A stretch of 60,608 bases of DNA, counting the filler. It is 2 parts of 2 records of this genome, joined end to end, with 100 filler letters (N's around TTAATTAATTAA, not from the genome) between each part and the next. Parts side by side here need not be neighbours in the genome. Positions count along the whole stretch, not along the records: positions 32,083 to 60,608 come from SRR22947727_2423; 1 more part is not named here. The stretch is one strand, 5' to 3'. The notes under the pieces are model-generated. The model did no database searches. It was not told the DNA's origin and saw only the letters and a program-made list of their open reading frames with translations. Position numbers and translations under genes: made by a program. Each line of letters starts with the position of its first letter. The first letter of the stretch is position 1. Below are positions 59,901-60,608 of this stretch, in pieces.

Positions 59901-60608
59901 CAAAGATGTTGTTCTTGACATCAAGCTCTTCCCAGTTACGTACATCAGAAGGGTCTAAGTCATACTGGTGGTTAACCTGCACTAAGTAGTCATTAGTGCG
60001 AGAGAACATCTCTCCTGGGATTTTAACCTTACCCTCTGGTGTGGTTCTTAGCCTAATCCTACCCTCAGGAGTTAGCTTAAGCTTGCCCTGTATAGTGGCA
60101 ACAGCCTCCGCCTCTTTCAAGGTTGTAGGTACGTAGTCATTACCTTGACGTACTAGCAATGTGATATCATTATCACTAATGCCATACTGACGTAGTGCCA
60201 GTTTAACTTGGGCCATAGCTCTAGTTGGGGTTGTGAACCCACTCCCATTAGGGCCATACACAGCCTTAATGTTAAACTTACCAGTGGTCTCATCGAAGGA
60301 AGGTGTGAACATCTCCCTACGTGGAGTGAGCCCCCTAGCCTGCTCAAAGTCTGTGACAATGTCACTCTTAAGCTTAGTAAGCTCAAAGTCTGTGAGTTCT
60401 AAGTGTCCGCTCTTACCAACTGAGGATATAACATCCTTAGCCTGATCAGATACGTTTGATATAATCTTATCAATCCTACCAACCTTAGCTGTCACAGCAC
60501 CTGTGGCTGTATCAACCTCTGGGAGTAAGTCACTAGCTATAGCATCTGATACATTAGTACCGTACAATGCTTGTGCTGCTTGTTCATCACCTGAATCTGC
60601 TACAGCAT
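56935..60608 (-). CDS. Large internal virion (DNA ejection) protein, 5' truncated by window edge
   Basis: More than 1210 aa, frame open to the window end. Size and position typical of podophage core proteins. No catalytic motif recognised. Confidence 0.7.
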   Translation of the reverse strand, partial: AVADSGDEQAAQALYGTNVSDAIASDLLPEVDTATGAVTAKVGRIDKIISNVSDQAKDVISSVGKSGHLELTDFELTKLKSDIVTDFEQARGLTPRREMFTPSFDETTGKFNIKAVYGPNGSGFTTPTRAMAQVKLALRQYGISDNDITLLVRQGNDYVPTTLKEAEAVATIQGKLKLTPEGRIRLRTTPEGKVKIPGEMFSRTNDYLVQVNHQYDLDPSDVRNWEELDVKNNIFDRMGLGTNMKSWALQPNLLDAASTLHPTITLSANKGFDQAANLEKGLLKLADNFASKFVKLDKDRKGLIDDSIRRANKEGLDFDYNRAVTEGFTPDEIDTLKAWREYWDTAYVLENRDLGKTLKAQGFMEYMGNSAETKLFAKPLQEASLPTSLTVYDPVAGTLNTVSKASLQRLYEQGGTVARAKQAIKVGDDASDLIVVKNAGDDDYLRSITDTTEVLSYRKGYYSVQYTDPKFVFKTVKDRSDNLLYTRAVGTAASKEEAELLREGLSTNAKAGEEFFVRDDIKNLKNDSAEWWDLQQSRGRIAQKVRGKRLDSANSNEETLEAASILGPVDSAILSARSLGNRVPMRPVIETHKHRFLNQFEDFLPKNEFQQPMFPTDIRDIKYRQVGSQNDSRLADAKTTFRYIDYIENSYINGMDEGIKTVLKNISNLAGDQNFTSLEKAFKWASEQRGVTALAKNASFNLYLATNPLRQFVIQSHQAFQLLANFNPKYLGGRLAPEWVVMTSHQLGIKPSSKLLKTLDMTLEESTEMFKQWQKTGLEASIDKQNLVRGSLASLADEVAKKDFKPFTFLRKAGFDAGERVNMLTAWLAHRDQAVRAGKDISSLRVQEDVAARARNYTYNMNAAGDMPYNLNALGLIFTYMQVPHKALTTMTTNRVLTGWQKFRLGLFNTTMYSLPVATMYSLFGEQLEGMDKGNRDLFVNGLEGWAFNKFLSTTLGEETYIDWSDLAPLDQHGLMEFIHGLITQDLGTTIASTPSGQLLFGHNPRITNFAKTVASYTNNVVNDTDDRTRLGHVFLDGAKMFSGFSNAYKAAYAREYLLLRSATNGGIVDPEVTSAEAVLKALGFSTMDETNSFWLANDFYRKKKAFRDDIEKWYKESRRVLLRDDITPDEFEYQLEVLSKAWAVFGNDNVKAKRIVEGLIEEDRNRGDMRLYKQLWRMSGILSSDELKARIDLVPDNPNYPNMKKDLKGAIDAADNLKGEQE

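Larger units (their letters stand above)
32083..60608. mobile_element. Bacteriophage genome fragment (lytic podophage, phiEco32/phiRIO-1/PA11-like organisation)
   Basis: Dense co-oriented small genes, T7-type primase-helicase + PolA + 5'-3' exonuclease, amidoligase module, sigma factor, convergent lysis and internal-virion genes. No integrase or repressor seen. Confidence 0.93.

Overview
The window joins two unrelated contigs with an artificial 100-nt linker (44 N + TTAATTAATTAA + 44 N, 31983-32082). The left part (1-31982) is ordinary alphaproteobacterial chromosome, probably marine and SAR116-like (inference): ftsH-folP-glmM, serC-serA, purA, rpoH, rluD, ettA, mlaC/mlaA, uvrD-prmA-aminopeptidase P, and the distal dcw cluster murC'-murB-ddl-ftsQ-ftsA-ftsZ-lpxC-bamD-recN-ligA. 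The right part (32083-60608) is a more AT-rich fragment of a lytic podophage with no RNA polymerase gene in view, organised like phiEco32/phiRIO-1/PA11-type phages. It carries small early genes, tRNA-Arg(CCT), a peptide-ligase module (GGCT, class I and II glutamine amidotransferases, COOH-NH2 ligase, amidoligase, ATP-grasp), a replication block (primase-helicase, ECF-like sigma, PolA, SSB-like protein, 5'-3' exonuclease, HNH, DUF3310, metallophosphoesterase), and convergent lysis and internal-virion genes. The most striking observation is a family of 14 translationally coupled micro-ORFs, several missed by the ORF track. They share an N-terminal MLxLYxxGD motif and a C-terminal [FL][KR]PxL-type motif around unalignable cores, and sit in tandem arrays woven through the peptide-ligase module. 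Also notable: an unannotated SutA-like RNAP-binding mini-protein coupled to the sigma factor, a 32-bp motif present twice in inverted orientation around the ligase module, a metallophosphoesterase with permuted motif order, a second family of tiny zinc-ribbon ORFs, and a sharp switch to AGG codons that matches the phage tRNA.
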